Source of the DNA: the human T2T-CHM13v2.0 reference genome, Homo sapiens
Length of the DNA stretch: 64,000 nucleotides
Assembly (NCBI RefSeq): GCF_009914755.1
Contig: NC_060939.1
Direction: 5' to 3' (one strand)
The notes under the pieces are model-generated. The model was not told the DNA's origin. It was given only the letters and a program-made list of their open reading frames with translations, and did no database searches. Shown here one piece after another: positions 15,155 to 31,928 of the stretch. Position numbers and translations under genes: made by a program. Every line of letters begins with the position of its first letter. Within the stretch, counting starts at the first letter, position 1.

Positions 15155-16935
15155 GTATGTAACTCAATCATCCGTGTATTAGTGCACACCAACAATCTTG
15201 GCACCCATTTTATACTGTTGATTATTCATTTGTGAACACTATAGTATATTTTACAAGTGCTTCTGTGCTTTTCTACCTTTATTTGATGTAGTTGATTCTA
15301 AATATAGACCTTGCATATATGTATATTCAGTACTTGGTACATGGTAGGTACTCAATAAATGTTTGAGTGATTGTGATTTTGAACTTGCCTACTTTGCGAG
15401 CCCTCCTTCCCACCTTTCCGCTTCACAGCATCCTCATATTACCTTGTGATCTGTTCCTACTGGGCCACCATTAATTGTTCCTTTAAAGAGCCATGAGTTA
15501 TTTGTGTCTCTGTGAACATACACACAGTTTTATCCATCTAGAATGACTTCTCTGTCATCCCTAATGTATTGTCAGGCTTTTTTCATTCTTTCAACTTCTG
15601 AGATTGAGATCAGATTACCTCTCTGCAGCCTTCCTGACCATCCTTTCTTTCCTAGGTAGAATTGGCCACTCCCTTGTGTCTTCCTTGTTTTCATATCTGT
15701 TTCTCTTGGAACATATCTACTTTGAAGGAAAAGACTGTATTTTTACTGTTCTATCTGCAGTACCGAACACAATATGCCTAGTAATAACTGCTTACTGAAT
15801 TTTGGCGAATGAGTGAATAACTAAAATAATAATGGGACATTTCAGGGGTTGATATTTCGGCCTGCAATCTTTTCGGCTCTGTTATCCAACCTGTTGCCCA
15901 TTAGATCCAGCAAGTTTGGTCAGGGTGTGCTCTCTGTCCTCATCCAGCTTACTGACTCAAGTGTTGACGGAGGCAGAGTTGAGGAGGACATTTTTGATGC
16001 CTGATTTCTGATATGTTCAAGTACTCAAATTTGCACATTTTAATTTCTTTGTATTTTTGTCTCAATAATGTGAAAGAACAACAAAACTTCAAAATGTTGT
16101 GTGAGTAGGTGGTTCTTAAACTCTTTCTTGGGTGAATGAATATTATAAGACTATGTTGGAAAAGCATTCTTATATTTCTCAGGGTAAAGGAACTTTTGAG
16201 GTATTCTATGAAGACTTATTAAGGCTGCAAGAAGCTGAAATTGGGAAGCCTGTCTGTTTTTCTAGTCTGGCCCTCAATTTGCATTACATCTTTGAAATAG
16301 CCTGAGTATACTGTCTTATGGTTGATGCCCCTTTTAGACGGTCAGAGTCTTAGCCCTTCTAGAGGTATATTGAGATTGGAAAATCACACTGTGTTATGAC
16401 TTTTCGTGGTTTTAGTAGTTGTCCTCTAAGTTTGGACTATTTAAAATCTCTAGTAGCAGATGAGAGGTAATAACTCTTTGGAAACAGACTGAGATAAAAT
16501 TAAGTTTTGGTAAAATCAGTCGTGATTTGTAGCTTGGAAGAATAGGCATATTAGCATTTTAACAATATAGCTTTGATGCTTTAAAGAACACCAGGCTACT
16601 AAAGAGATGTCTTGGTTCTCTCAGATGAGTTCTGTTGTATCACTTTCAGATATTTTGTTCTTTATCCAAGCAAAGCACAACAAGTAGTTTCTAATATGAA
16701 CTGGATTTGTAGAATTTTGTATGAAGTCTGACTTAAAATATAATTAAATTAACATTTGGGGAATGAGTTTAGTCTTTACTAATTTTTTTAGGTCAGAGAG
16801 CATAACTTCTGTGAAGCTGCCCCCATTTCACCCTTCATGCTTCACAAATACTTGTAGAATATTTTCATTGCCTTGCAATTAGGAGTTTACATACAGGTCT
16901 CTCCTAACAGATTGAGAGCTCCTTGAGGGCTGTGA

Positions 16936-17274
<339 letters not shown>

Positions 17275-17976
17275 TAAATGTTTAAGAGGATAAATGAGAG
17301 ATGTCATGTGCGGATATATGTCCTATTGCAACCAGAAAGTGCCTCTATTAATAAGGAACTGCATATAATAGTGCCTTCTAGAATAGATAGACCTGAGGTT
17401 AGGGCTGTAGTTGCTATGTACAGTGGATATTACTATTGGGTGTTCCTGTCAGCAGGATTACCTCTTTCCAGGTAGTTCCAGATTGTGACAAATGGATTAA
17501 TCTGGTAAAGACAGGTGCTGTTTTAGGTATAAAGTTTAGCATTGATCCCTAAGTTTACTTCTGGAATAGCTGCTCATCTGGAGTCATCATTTGCAGGCCA
17601 TTTCTGGTGGACCCACCAGCTGCAAGATACAGATTTATTATTTGACCTGTTTTCCTCCAGTGCAAGGATACTGTGACTGTTAAGCAGCATGCATTAAATA
17701 ACTAACTCATCTGTTAATAAGTGTGCACATAGACTTTGGCCAGAACACATTAGACCCCTGAACAGAGAATCTTAAAATACTAATGCATTTATTTTAGGTG
17801 GCAAAGAACTAGATTAGTCAACTAAAAGCACATGAAAACTGTCAACTCCAGTTTTACAATCTACATGCCATGTCGATACAGAACTTGTGATAATGTGAAT
17901 GGCATTTTTAGCAGAGAATTGTAGTATTTAAAGACAAAAGTTCATGAGTGTTCTGAAATAATGGTACTTTTTCTCA

Positions 17977-18375
<399 letters not shown>

Positions 18376-19266
18376 AGAATCTGCATTCCCAAGAGTCCAT
18401 AGTAGAGGAGGAAGAACTGCCAGTGCCTTTTTAAAACGCCAGTTTATAAGAGTTGTGCCTGATTCTGTTTCGATGCTAATAAAGGTAATTCACTTTCAAC
18501 TCAGACATACTGCTTTATAAAACAAACATGTTTAAAACAGTAGCATTAAAACATTATAGTTTGTTTTATAGAGGAATAATCTGACACCTAGAGAGATTAC
18601 GTGGTTTGTACAAGGTTCTTTCAAATTCTTAACTAGTTTAGAGGCTCACGATCGGTCTTTTTAAAGTAGCTTTTCCCTTTCCAAAATAGCTTTTCTTATC
18701 CCTCCTTGCCTTTCATTTTGTAACTTTATAATAAAGTCAGTATGCCCTAATCACTTTCTTTTGTTTGAAGTAGCCAGCATGCATCTGACAGACATGCAGT
18801 TAGACAAAGGCTCAGTGCTTTAAGCATTGACAGTGAAGAGAGTTCAGTGATTTTATGTTACTTTGGAGATGTGGGGAGAAACAGAGATGCAGTATCTCAG
18901 GAACATTCAATTTTATGCTTTCTCTGAGCTATAACATCATGACTGCAGTTGGTTAAGTTTCAGTGTAATTTTAGTCATTCTTATCCTTATTATCTATTCA
19001 CTTTGTAGCGCTTTTAAACAAACATCTGGCACTATCTTAGTTACCTAGTTTTATGTACTTTCCACGTCCCTTGTGACTTCATGCTGGCCTCTTGTTGCCA
19101 GCCTGTTACTGCCCTCATTGTGGAGGAAGCTGAGATTTTCTACCAGGCTCAGCCATGGAATAGTGACAATTGGTGTTCAACACAATGACACAAAGCATTA
19201 CAGCATTATAAAGAACTGTTGAATTGTTTGAAGATATTTTTTAAAAGTTTAAAAATCTGCCTTATT

Positions 19267-20210
<944 letters not shown>

Positions 20211-20278
20211 TTGGTTAGATTAGATCTGAGTTTAAAGTCATATACTAGGTTAAAAAAAAAACAAAAAACAAAGCAGGA

Positions 20279-20409
20279 AGCTGGTGCAGTGGTGCCCACC
20301 TGTAGTCCCAAGTACTCGGGAGGCTGAGGCAGGAGGATCACTTGAGCCCAGGAGTTGGAGTCTAGCCTGGTCAATATAGTAAGACCCATCTCTTAAAAAA
20401 AAAAAAAAA
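20279..20409 (+). mobile_element. Free Alu monomer (FLAM_A-like)
   Basis: Single monomer AGCTGGTGCAGTGGTGCCCACCTGTAGTCCC...GACCCATCTCTT plus A tail. Confidence 0.85.
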
Positions 20410-20559
20410 CAAAGACAACAACTCAACAAATTTTCAACAAGTTATTGCCAGTCTAAATTGGGGTAATATAACACTCGTTCTGGATTTAGAAATAAAACAT
20501 TTAAGAGAAGCTTCAGTGTTCATTCCCTGAATTTCAACTTTTCTGAACTCTTTTTGACA

Positions 20560-20700
20560 TTTTAAAAAATGTAGACAAAGGATCTTGCTACGTTGCCCAG
20601 GCTGGCCTCAAACTTCTCAAGGGAGGAGATGCTCAAGCAATCCTCTCCCCTTAGCCTCCCAGGTAGTTGAGACTATAGGTGTGCACCACCACACCTAGCT
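20560..20700 (-). mobile_element. Free Alu monomer (FLAM_A-like)
   Basis: Antisense monomer TCTTGCTACGTTGCCCAGGCTGG...CACCACCACACCTAGCT, flanked by TGAACTC repeats. Confidence 0.8.
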
Positions 20701-23700
20701 TTGAACTCCTCTTAGTAGGAAACTCTTAGAGGATTTACATATTAAGAACTTCTCATATAGGGGAGGAATAAAATTAATTTCCCCACTTGAACTAAGATAA
20801 TAAAAAATAAGGTTGTCATGAAAAATACAGACCTGGTGCTTTAAAACATTTTAGCATTTGTAGCTGTGTATGAAAAGATAAATAGCACTTATATAACAGA
20901 AATGCATAATGATAAACTGTTGTTTCTAGTAAATGTGGAAACAGGCCATATTACTATGTATGTGACACTTTAAATATTTAATATATGTGACATATACACA
21001 AGAATATAGCTAGAGAAACAGCTAGACATCTGCTAAATAGTACCCTTTCCTTTAAAATTACTACACTTCAAAAATTCAAAAAATACACATAGGTGTTTCA
21101 TAAAATCACTGTTGTAACAGAATGACCCACGTGCTAATAATTTGGTCATAATAAGCACATAAGGAGCACAACTGGCTACTTTCCCTGAAAACTGTTACAG
21201 TCAAAAAGTAAATTAATTTAGGGAAAAAAGACTGAAGATTTCAAGGTACGGGGTCCTAAAAGTAAAGCTACTGCTTTGCAGGTTTTGTTAACTGGGCGCG
21301 GGTGTGGGGGTGGGAGTAAAGAGTAGGGATGTAGGCTTACAGACCCAGGTTGTCAGGAGAGCAATTTGATGTGGAAGGCACAAGTAAGAGAAGATGTAAA
21401 CCACGCAAACAAAAAGTATTTGAAAGGGAAATAATTCAATTCAGCAAATATTTGAGTGCATACTCTGGACCGAGATTATAGATAGAATGAACTATAAAAA
21501 GTCCAAATAAACCCTCCAGAGAATGCTGAGACCTTGGCTTTCTGATTCTCCACATAAGTTAAATAGGCCCCACAGGAGGCCCCCACTGCAACACGCAGTT
21601 GGTTCAGTGCTAGATTAGTCATCGTTAGAAGATGGCCAGAATTCAGACTGATCTGAAAAACCAAAGAACTCAGGTTGCTTCAAAAACCCAGAGACAGCCA
21701 AAGCTCAGAATCAACTAAACATCCCATGTCAACTGAAGAATGATGGACTGCTTTGGTCATAGTAAGAGGGTCATGAGAGGGGAGGGAGGTGAAGCCCAAC
21801 CTCTTGCTAGCCAGGGGCCTCCCTCCTCTGTAGAAAACAGAGTTAATAACCACTCGCCTGAGAGGCCTGTGGTAGGTCAAATGAGATGCCATCTGTGCAG
21901 CAATTTAGTGCACAGGAGATGTTCTGTAAACTTCATCTTTCACTGACACTAATCCAGTAAACAGGCATACCTGACTTGGGATAAGCAACAAGAAAAAAAT
22001 GATAATGGGAAGCAATGAGGAAATAAAATCCTCACTTCTTACTTGAACAGCAGAATCCTTAAGAAATACAGCCCACTCAACTACTAGTTTGAAAGTTTAA
22101 AGTCTCTGTGATATCAGTTCTTTCTCTAGGTGACTTACATAGGATGAAAAAAGTGTTCCCAACTGTAAACATGGGTTTCTGTATCAAACATGTGGCTGAC
22201 TCTCCATCAGCAGGAGTAGCAGTGGTTAAAAAACACAAGCTAACATGTTCTCAGCTCTTCCTCCAAGAGGTAAAAGCTCATAAGCCCATTATTTTCGTAG
22301 TTTAAAACATATATTCCTGATTCCTTTCTTTCCCTCTGCCCCACTCCCCAAATGCTGTCTTTAAATAGTCAGATTCTCTGCTAAAAATGCCATTCATGTT
22401 GTCACAAGTTCTGTATTGACCTGGCATCAGTGTTGATAATTAATTTTCATGTGCTTTTAGTTGGCTAACCTAGTTCTTTGCCACATAAAATAAATGCATT
22501 AGTATTTTCAGAAATATCCTTGCTTGGTGTATAAGAGCAAGAATGACTGTCTAAGGGATTACTCATGTCAGGAATGTTTTATGATTAGAAATTCCCCATT
22601 AGAAATAAAATTTTTCATTGAAGCGATTAACATTAACAAAATCTTTAATAGGGGACTGCTTAGAATATTGAAGTTTTCCTCATATCTGTAGAATTTTCAC
22701 TTAATTATGACATATACAAGTTTTTAATTTGAAGTCTTCATTGTTTAAAACTTTTCCTTCCAATTTTGATAGGTGGTTTAACAAAAACCTACCACCTTGT
22801 GTTTCCAGTGTCATTGTTCTCAAGATGTTAAAGGCTTAGTATTGTGAAATTATAACATTGAAGACAATATTTATTCTCAAGACAAGAACCAGTCTAATAA
22901 TTAACAAGGTAACTGACATTTTTAACGTCTCTGATCCCCTCTGACACTTGTGTGACTCGTTCGATAGTCACATAACGTGTGTGAGAAGGTGGGCCGTGCC
23001 TGCCTTGGAAATCATTCCTAACAGGTCTCGCATTTGTCCAGGTAAGGTCATCCAGCTCAGTAATGTCCTCATTTGTGTGAGAGCCTACCTGCCTATATTT
23101 AGTCTTTCCAGGTGGTTTATAATTGGTTTAGCCCATTGGACAGCCTGCTTTTTGGTTGATAGAGGCTGGGGAGGATGAAGGAAGTGTAAAGGCTTGAATT
23201 TGGCAGTCTCTTTGCCGGATATCTATTTTAACCCCTCCTGAAGTTAATTTACATAAAACCCAGCTGTGTAAGAATTTTTCTAAATTTAAAGTTTATTCTT
23301 ATTACCGTAGGGATAGGAATGTCAGCACTCACTGAATTATGGCCTTCCTCTCCTGTGTCTGGACCTCCTGGCAGCTTATGGTTCCCGTTTCCTTTGGATA
23401 ACAGGATACAGCTGGTGGCAAAATTCTCACCTGTGGAATGGCCATTGGGAGTTTTCTTCTCCATATAGATCTTTGCAAAGCAGCAGAAACCATTTTTGCA
23501 GGAAACCACAAGCCTGTGTTAAACACCAAAAGAGAATTGAAATAACATGTCCATGAGTTCCTCTTTCCAGAGGTACCAACCATCATGTGGGATCCTAAGT
23601 ATAGTGTTAAGTAGCTCTTTGTCCTCCCCTTCACTTTGAGGTTGTCTAGTTATATGATGTTGAATTCCCCAGCTCTGGTCCCTATTACCTCTCTGGCAGA

Positions 23701-24569
23701 TTAAGCAAATTGCTTCAGGCTGGATTGCTTAACACTTAGCAGAATTCATGCTGCCTTTAATGAGCTACCAGTTTAACCTTCTGGGGCTAGAGTGATTTTT
23801 AGACATTTTTGTTTTGATGAGTTGATTTTTGTACTTATAGCTATAACTGTGGATCCCTTGCCATCAAACTATGGTGCAGCAAAGCAGCTGATGAATTTCT
23901 CTGTCTCTGATGTTCATGTCAAACAGTTATTTCTCTAGCATTCATTGGGGGCTCAGTACTGTGCCAGGTGCTGTGGCATGAGCAGTAGTGGTGTGGAGGG
24001 TGCTACAGGAGACATCTGCAATGCAGTAGACTAGATTAAAAACAAGTTGGGGAGAGAAGGCAAGCACAAAAATAAAAGAAAAATAGAAGATAGTATTTGA
24101 CTTACTGCTGATAGTGTGGGTTAGATTATCAGTGATAATCCTATTAAAATCAGCAAGGGTGGAGGGCATGAACATGAGCAAAGACTTGAGGACTGGACTG
24201 AGCATGGTGCATGCATGTGAGGTATGCAGGGACTGGATGGAAGGTGTGGTATGGAAGAAAAGAGTGCTCAGTAAGGCTTTATAGATAATGAGGGACCCTG
24301 AACACTCTTTGGAGGCACCAGAGGGGTAGTGGGGGCATGGTGGATGGCTTCTGAGAGCTCACCAATGATAAATGGTATGTTTAATAGAGTACCTTATCTG
24401 TTGGAATGTATATTTTCCTCACCATCACCTTTTATTTAGAATTAGGGATCGACACAGTGATGAGGATGTCCTGAGAGATGTGGTAGCTGAATGTGATAGA
24501 AGGTTAGTGCTGAAAGGCTATCATGTAATTCATAACAGGCAAGAAGAATAGGAGCTTACTTTATTATTT

Positions 24570-24730
24570 TCTTATTGCCTACCACTGTGTTAAACCTTTA
24601 ACTACACATCTTTAATTTTATGTATTCTCATTTTACAGATGAGGAAAATAAAGCTTGGTAGTTAAGTAACTTGTCCAAGGTAACACAGCCAGTAAGTGCC
24701 ACATTTACAACTCAATTCTAGGTCTTTTTG
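24570..24730 (-). mobile_element. MIR
   Basis: MIR core CTCATTTTACAGATGAGGAAAATAAAGC...GTTAAGTAACTTGTCCAAGGTAACACAGC. Confidence 0.75.
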
Positions 24731-26894
24731 TCTCTGTCTCTGAATTACGTTAGTACTCTAATTTTTATCCTTACATTAGTCTGTTGGGGTCATCAAATGA
24801 TTCTTAAATACTAGAAGGTTGTCTCTAATCTTAATGAGGACTCTGCAATCATCCTTTCCTTTAATAACTATTCATCCAAGTGGCTTGTCTATCGTTGTTG
24901 TAAAATAAGTACGTTTAATTTTTTACAGAAGAAATGTAGTGGGCTTAATCATGTGCTGGCCATGTGTGTCTGTGGATGCAGCATTTAGGAATATGGGTCC
25001 CAGAGTACAGGGCTCCATCTTTAAGCTCTGGAGGTTGGAAGCTCTAGGAAAACTAAGGTGGGTTAAATGTGTTCCCAAAACTGTGATCACATTTTATGTT
25101 TATGCTTTTCTCTCCCTTTCTCGAGTCATGGTAGGTTACTATTTGAGTGCCATGCCCTAGAACTCCCTAAAGTAAAGGCACTGGTATCCCAAAAGAACTG
25201 TTCTAAAAGATTACTTACTTCTGTGAAGGCAGAGAGGGTGCTACAGAATGAAAATAGCATTTTAGGAAGGTTGAGTCAGAGGTGCGAGTGGGGCATAGAG
25301 AGATTTTCTCAGGGTGATAAGGCCCTGGTGCTCAAGTCTACAAGCAGAGACAGGCACATTGGCAGTGAGTCCTCCTTGGGGAAGAAGAATGATCTGGGCT
25401 ACTTCCAAGACCCCTTCTACCTGTAAGTTCTTGTAATTTGGGATTGGGATTAAGAAACTCCAGAGGCTGGTGTAAATTGATGGGGCACCAGCTGTTGTTT
25501 GCTGCACCTCAGGGAAGTCATGGTGGGAGTCTGGCCTGGCCCTGTTGGCTGGGGCCCCCAACAGATCCTTGCTGTGTCTGGGTTTGAGTTTACGCTACAC
25601 AATTACAAACTTTTTCCAGTGCTGCTTTTTGTGAATCTTTGAACCTGCAGTTGTGAATGAACAGAAATTTGAACTGAGCTTAAAAAAAGGAAAAAAAAAA
25701 AAAAAAAAAAAGGCAGAGCTTTGTTGATACCACTGCCATTATAGGGCCATGATTTCTTTTTTCCCCATTTAGCTGCAACACATTTATTTTTCCCTTGTAT
25801 AATGGCTGAGATTTCTTTAGTATGGAGCTGTGTCACAGTGGTTTATGTATTTTCTTCTCTCTCCCTGCCTCTGTTTCTAAGGCTGGGCAACTTTGAGGTA
25901 TGTGGATTGACCTGGATGCCTCTTGTGACTCCTTCCCCACGATCCCCTGCGTGCACTTCCTATTCATCTTTGTAGTTCTCAGCTACTCACTGTGCTGTCA
26001 TATCTGGCGCGTGCTGTTCCTTCTATCCTGTGCTTCTCCTCCTGTGTCCACTTGGTGGAACTTTCCCCATGGTTTGCTTCTTCCAGTAATCTCTGTCTGG
26101 ACCCCCCATCTTCTAGAGAGTTTATTGCTCCTTCCTGATCCTTGTAACATTTTTATTATTGTGCTCATCATACTGTAATATCTGTTTACATACATATGAC
26201 CCTTTACTAAAGTGGTAGGAACCACATATTATTTATTGCTAAAGCTCAATAACTTAGTACATGTAATATTTTAGGGGCTCAGAAATGTGAAATTATCTCC
26301 CTTTATTGAGTTTTTATGTGCCAGGCACATATTATAAATATATGTCAAGAAAAAGATAACCTAAACACGGAAAAGATTATAGTGTACTCTCCTACACAAC
26401 TTTCAAATAAACTCTAAAATGATTATAAGGATGTCAGAGTTCTGATTTTTTAAAACTACATTTAACTTACTATTTTAAATTATTTGTATTTCATTATTGT
26501 AAGAGTTCTGATTTTTTTTCCATGATAATTACATTGATTTGGTGTTTGTGCATGTGTTTGGCCCAAACTCAGGATCATTTATGCCTTTTGGGTAATCCAG
26601 CGTTGATAAAGAATAAATTAAATGAGTGAACGTGGGTGTTACTGTTTTGTCGTTGCTGTTGTTTTAATTTGCTATGTTCTTTTGTTTTACTGTTGAATGT
26701 TACCCTGTGTTAGACTCTTCATTTCCTTCATGTCATGCCTGCCTCCTTTGTCCCACTCCCAACCCCTCGCCTTACCCATTTGGGCTCAGTGCTTTGTGTT
26801 TTGTCTTGGTGGCTAGTAAGTACCATCATATGATAGTGGGGCAGAGCAGGGCTAACTGTTCCGTATGAGAATCAGACACATATTATGAGTCTTA

Positions 26895-27052
26895 ACATCG
26901 TTTCCCGAAGTGTGGGTCATGATTCCAGAGCAAAGGATCACCAGATTTGGTCTCCCGATTTCTACTCTTTCTGGTCCTGGGAATGAGAATCAGCCTTATT
27001 TAACAAGGCCTTAAACTGATGTTCATGTGTACTAAGGTTCAAGAATCGCTGC
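26895..27052. mobile_element. MER5-type hAT-Charlie fossil
   Basis: GTTTCCCGAAGTGTGGGTC...TTTAACAAGGCC...AAGGTTCAAGAATCGCTGC. Confidence 0.5.
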
Positions 27053-28429
27053 TTAAAACTAACTGCTCAATTATTAATGTAGCTGCAAACAAAAGTAAAG
27101 CATTCATGAGGGTCTTGTAAGACTTCCTCAGTCCCTTATTCAGGAAATATATTTGGCCCATGTGGTATTTTACTTTTTTGATAGAACTTGGCATCTTCAA
27201 CAGGAAAAGCGTATTTACTTTTTGTATCCTGGTCTTCTTCCGTTGTTCAGAATTTCTAGCTCATATTCCCAGCCTCCCCAACCAGGGCATAACATTTTTA
27301 TAGCCACCAGCCCAGGCTCCGTGGGTTGAAGGAAAGAGTTTTTGGATCCTGTTATTTTCCTGGAGGAAGAGCTGAACATTGACTCTTTTACAAGAATCCA
27401 AAGTATGCATTGTCATTTCCATGTTAACCCTCACTCGAAATTTTTGTGGGTTTTGAAGGATTGACTGTAGCCCAGTCTTAGCAGGATCCCTGGCCATGGA
27501 AATTCATTTGAAGCACATTGTGCCATGGAAGTACCCTGCAGGTAAAAATGCTCTATTTATACTTGGCTGAGTCCCAGACAGCTGCTGTCTGCCTGTTGGG
27601 ACTGGGAGCAGATGTAGGGGTGATCTGCCCCCTCCTATTTTTTTGTGGATTTGGAAGCTTCCCTGTTGAGAGTGACAAAAACCCTGTCAATTGATGTGGT
27701 AGGTATGTCAGACCTGGACAGCTGGTCCTTAGAAAATATGCTGAGATCACCAAGTTAACAGGTACAGAAGGGTTTCCAGTTTGTTATATGATGTTGGGCC
27801 TGTGACTCCCCACCCCCCTTTTTAGGGACATGTCATTAATGGTGGAGCGCTTGTTAAAGGCTTCTCTTGTAGCATGTGTAGGTGTGGCTAAAGAATAGTG
27901 AATTTGATTGATGTTAATGTACATCTGGATACATTCTCATTTTAATTTTTTTTTATTGGTTCTAGGGACTTTTGGTAAAGATTGTGGATGTCTTCAGTTT
28001 TACACATTTAGGAAACAGTGTCTTTTTACTTATTTCCAGTACAGTTGTGATGTATTGAATGACAAGGGACTTTAAAACAGACATGCTGTGTATAATGTTT
28101 TCTTCCTGATTAAAAAGTAATATCTGTTCATTATTTGAATAGTTACAATTAAGAAACAGATTATTTAGGGATGAAAATTTCCTGTAATCTCCAAAGATAT
28201 GTACACTTAACATTTTGGTGTTCGTTCCTCCAGATTCTTTTCTATGATTATTGTATTATATTTTAGAATTGTAGTTTACCCACCAGCGTATTTTAAGAAG
28301 TTACCAGAAAGGCGTCTCTGAGTATCTGAAGCCTTTCATTTAGCCATTTATGGATTTCAAAGTATCTTATGTGGGGTTAGTCTCCATTGAGACTCAGGAA
28401 CTCTGCAAGAGGGAGAAGCATTGGCTTCT

Positions 28430-28610
28430 GCTATGTGCCTGTCAGTGTGCTTTAATACTTTACCTGGATCATCTCTTCCAGTAACCCCACAGTATAGGAA
28501 GCATTATTATGCTCTTTCTGCACATAAGGAGATGAAGATTCAGACAAGTTAAGTGACTTGCTCAAGGTAATACAGTTAATTGTAGAGGACTTGGGATTGA
28601 ATTTGATTTA
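28430..28610 (-). mobile_element. MIR
   Basis: ATAAGGAGATGAAGATTCAGACAAGTTAAGTGACTTGCTCAAGGTAATACAG. Confidence 0.65.
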
Positions 28611-28739
28611 TTGTCTAGAGAATATTGTATGGCACCCTATTACTTTCCTGTATTGAGATGTAGGTGGTGGGGGTGGGGGGGTTAAGCTGAAAATATCTGT
28701 GAGATGTATAAAGCTGTTGGATAGAGACACACCATTTCT

Positions 28740-29044
<305 letters not shown>

Positions 29045-30289
29045 TAAGGAGACACACTGTTTCTCTGGCTTATTAAGAGGTATTTGGTTAGTATATAAAC
29101 ATTTTCGTAGCTTCTGAGGTTTTGCAGTCATTTGTTCAGACATACGGGTTGGTGGAAATGCTTTCTGTTCCTTTTCCCAAACCAATCACACAGCCATATA
29201 ACTTCATGCCTGAGTTTCTCTGTGGTCCTCTATAGTGAGTGGTTTTTACATACTTCTTTGCAGCAGCATGAATTTCAAAAATCTCCAAACTTTTGCTATT
29301 GCTGATCTTTGTAAACTTTGCACACCCAGCGCTGGTACATTCTGATGATGGTGTCCACACTGCACTTTATGAAGAAAAGACTGATGATTGTTTATATTAA
29401 AATGTAGGAAGAGAATTGTAGCAGCAACTTTTGCTTCTCTAATCAACAACACCAGAAGAGACTTACTGTGTGTGGTCAGTGGGGGAGAATGTTAATTTAT
29501 AAATTGAGATAGTTGTATTAAAATTGAGTGACTCTTATTTTGACATAAAGTGAATGTGTCTCTTTTATACAGCAGAAAACTATTAAATTTGTTTTTTCTC
29601 ATCAGTATAAAATAAAGTGGAAAATGTGGGAAGAATACAAATTCTTAACTTCTGTGCTTCTGCTTATTTCACACCCCTCAAATTTCTGATTCCTTTCAAC
29701 TGTAGCTGGCTTTACTACTGAGTGGTGAAATTGCTGAACATACTTAAAACCACATCATTTAAGACTTTGAATTTTGACATTTCCTCCTCTTCACAGTCTT
29801 TAAATACTAGGCAACCTGTAGGGTTCCACTGTGTCTGTCATGTATTGTCCCTGTGTTACATGAAAGCAGCCTCAGTGAACTTGTGAATTTGCTCAGTCAT
29901 TTCACTGGCTACTGGGTGAGGAAGAAGTAGGATTTTCTCTCTTAAAATTCCTTGGTGAAATCATTGGATGGGCATGATGTGTTTCTTTAATTTTCATTTT
30001 GGTAAAAAAATCTACTGACAAAGCAAAGACTTTCAGTTGTTCTTGGTCTTTCAGTAGGTTTAGTTTTTAAGTGTGTTTACTCTGACCAAAAACTGCCTTC
30101 CTGTAATATGCTCCTCCCTTTAGAACTCAGTTCTTAAGTAGAGTTTGTTTAAATGTATAAAATAAGTTAATGCATTATATGCAGCGAGGTTTTGCATCAG
30201 AACCCTGAGTTCTCAATGTTGTGGCAGGTTTAAGTGTCTAGAACACCTTTTAGCTGTTATTTCTATTACTTGCTTTTTTATTTTTGGGG

Positions 30290-30560
30290 TAAATGATATC
30301 TTCTCAGGGAGGCCTTCCCTCAGCACCATGTTTTAAAGGGCATCTCCCTCATTTGCTATTCCTTCTTCTGTTTTATTTTTCTCTATAGAATTTGTTACTG
30401 TGTGAAAACTATTTATTTTAATGTTTTATTTACCTGTGTTACCCCTAGAATAATATCTATGAAGGTAGGGATTTTTGTCTGTTCCTTCTGTGCCTACAGA
30501 GTCTTGAGGAGTATGGTGTCTGGCACATTGTAGGTGCACAATGACAGCTGAATTAACAAT
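30290..30560 (+). mobile_element. L2 3' end
   Basis: CTTCTCAGGGAGGCCTTCCCT...GAAGGTAGGGATTTTTGTCTG...GTCTGGCACATTGTAGGTGCAC. Confidence 0.7.
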
Positions 30561-31397
30561 GTCAGGGAGAGTTTGTAGGATGGGGCTCGAGGTATAGGGC
30601 AAGTCAGTTTTTAGATTTGAGGTCATTAGCAGGAGATCCTCTTACGATGTGGGGGGAAAAACACACGTTTTAACGTCAGACTGGGTTTGAATCTGGTCTC
30701 TCCAACTTACCCTTTGACCTTGGTGTTAAATGATTTAACCTTTGAAAGATCAATTTTTTTCACTAGTGAAATAGGGGAAATAGTATCTTTTTAGTGGGGA
30801 TTAAATGTAATATCAAATATAATGCTCTGTAAATGTTAGTTTTGTCTTTCCCGTTGTGTGCCAGCATTGTGGAAGTCTGAAAGCAACCTGAATTTACCAG
30901 TCTGTTTCTGGAGCCTTCTGGGGTCATTACTTTGATTACTTTTGACAGATACATTCTTTTCAGCAGCCTGTGTTGCCAGCATAACAATGACCTGTCCCTT
31001 TGACCAGTGTGAGGGACAGACACTTTGTCATCCCTCTTTTAATCCTTGTATCAGAACAACTCTTACGAGTTCTGGTTTTGAAACATGTTTAGAGGAGTTT
31101 ATAATTCCGAACAGTTCAGATGACATCAGCCCTTTCTTAGAGCCCTCTAAGTTTGCTCAGCTTCCTCATTCCAGTGTGGCGGGAACCATTCAGTTAAATT
31201 GATGTTTGTGGTCTTTACACATAGTCATCCGAAGTTTCTTGCAAATCACGAAACATCAGAGGGCTGCTAAGTCACTAGTTTGTCTCTGTAGATTTCTCTA
31301 ATCCAGGCTTGTCCAAACCGTGGCCTGCAGGCTGCATGCAGCCTGTGAAGGCTTTGAATGTGGCCCAACACAAATTCGTAAACTGTCTTAAAACATT

Positions 31398-31928
<531 letters not shown>

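Noticed and set aside
23017-23047. Possible recursive splice site CTAAC...TTTGTCCAG|GTAAGG
   Set aside because: Short pyrimidine tract and an intervening AG; such matches are expected by chance in 64 kb.
25480-25560. GC-rich imperfect hairpin as a pre-miRNA
   Set aside because: Only the outer ~12 nt pair, and it matches no miRNA I recognise.
25681-25712. Isolated poly(A) run as the tail of a processed pseudogene
   Set aside because: No recognisable upstream mRNA or element, and no convincing TSD pair.
29340-29390. TGATGA and CTGA boxes suggesting a C/D snoRNA
   Set aside because: No terminal stem, no convincing spacing and no recognisable guide.
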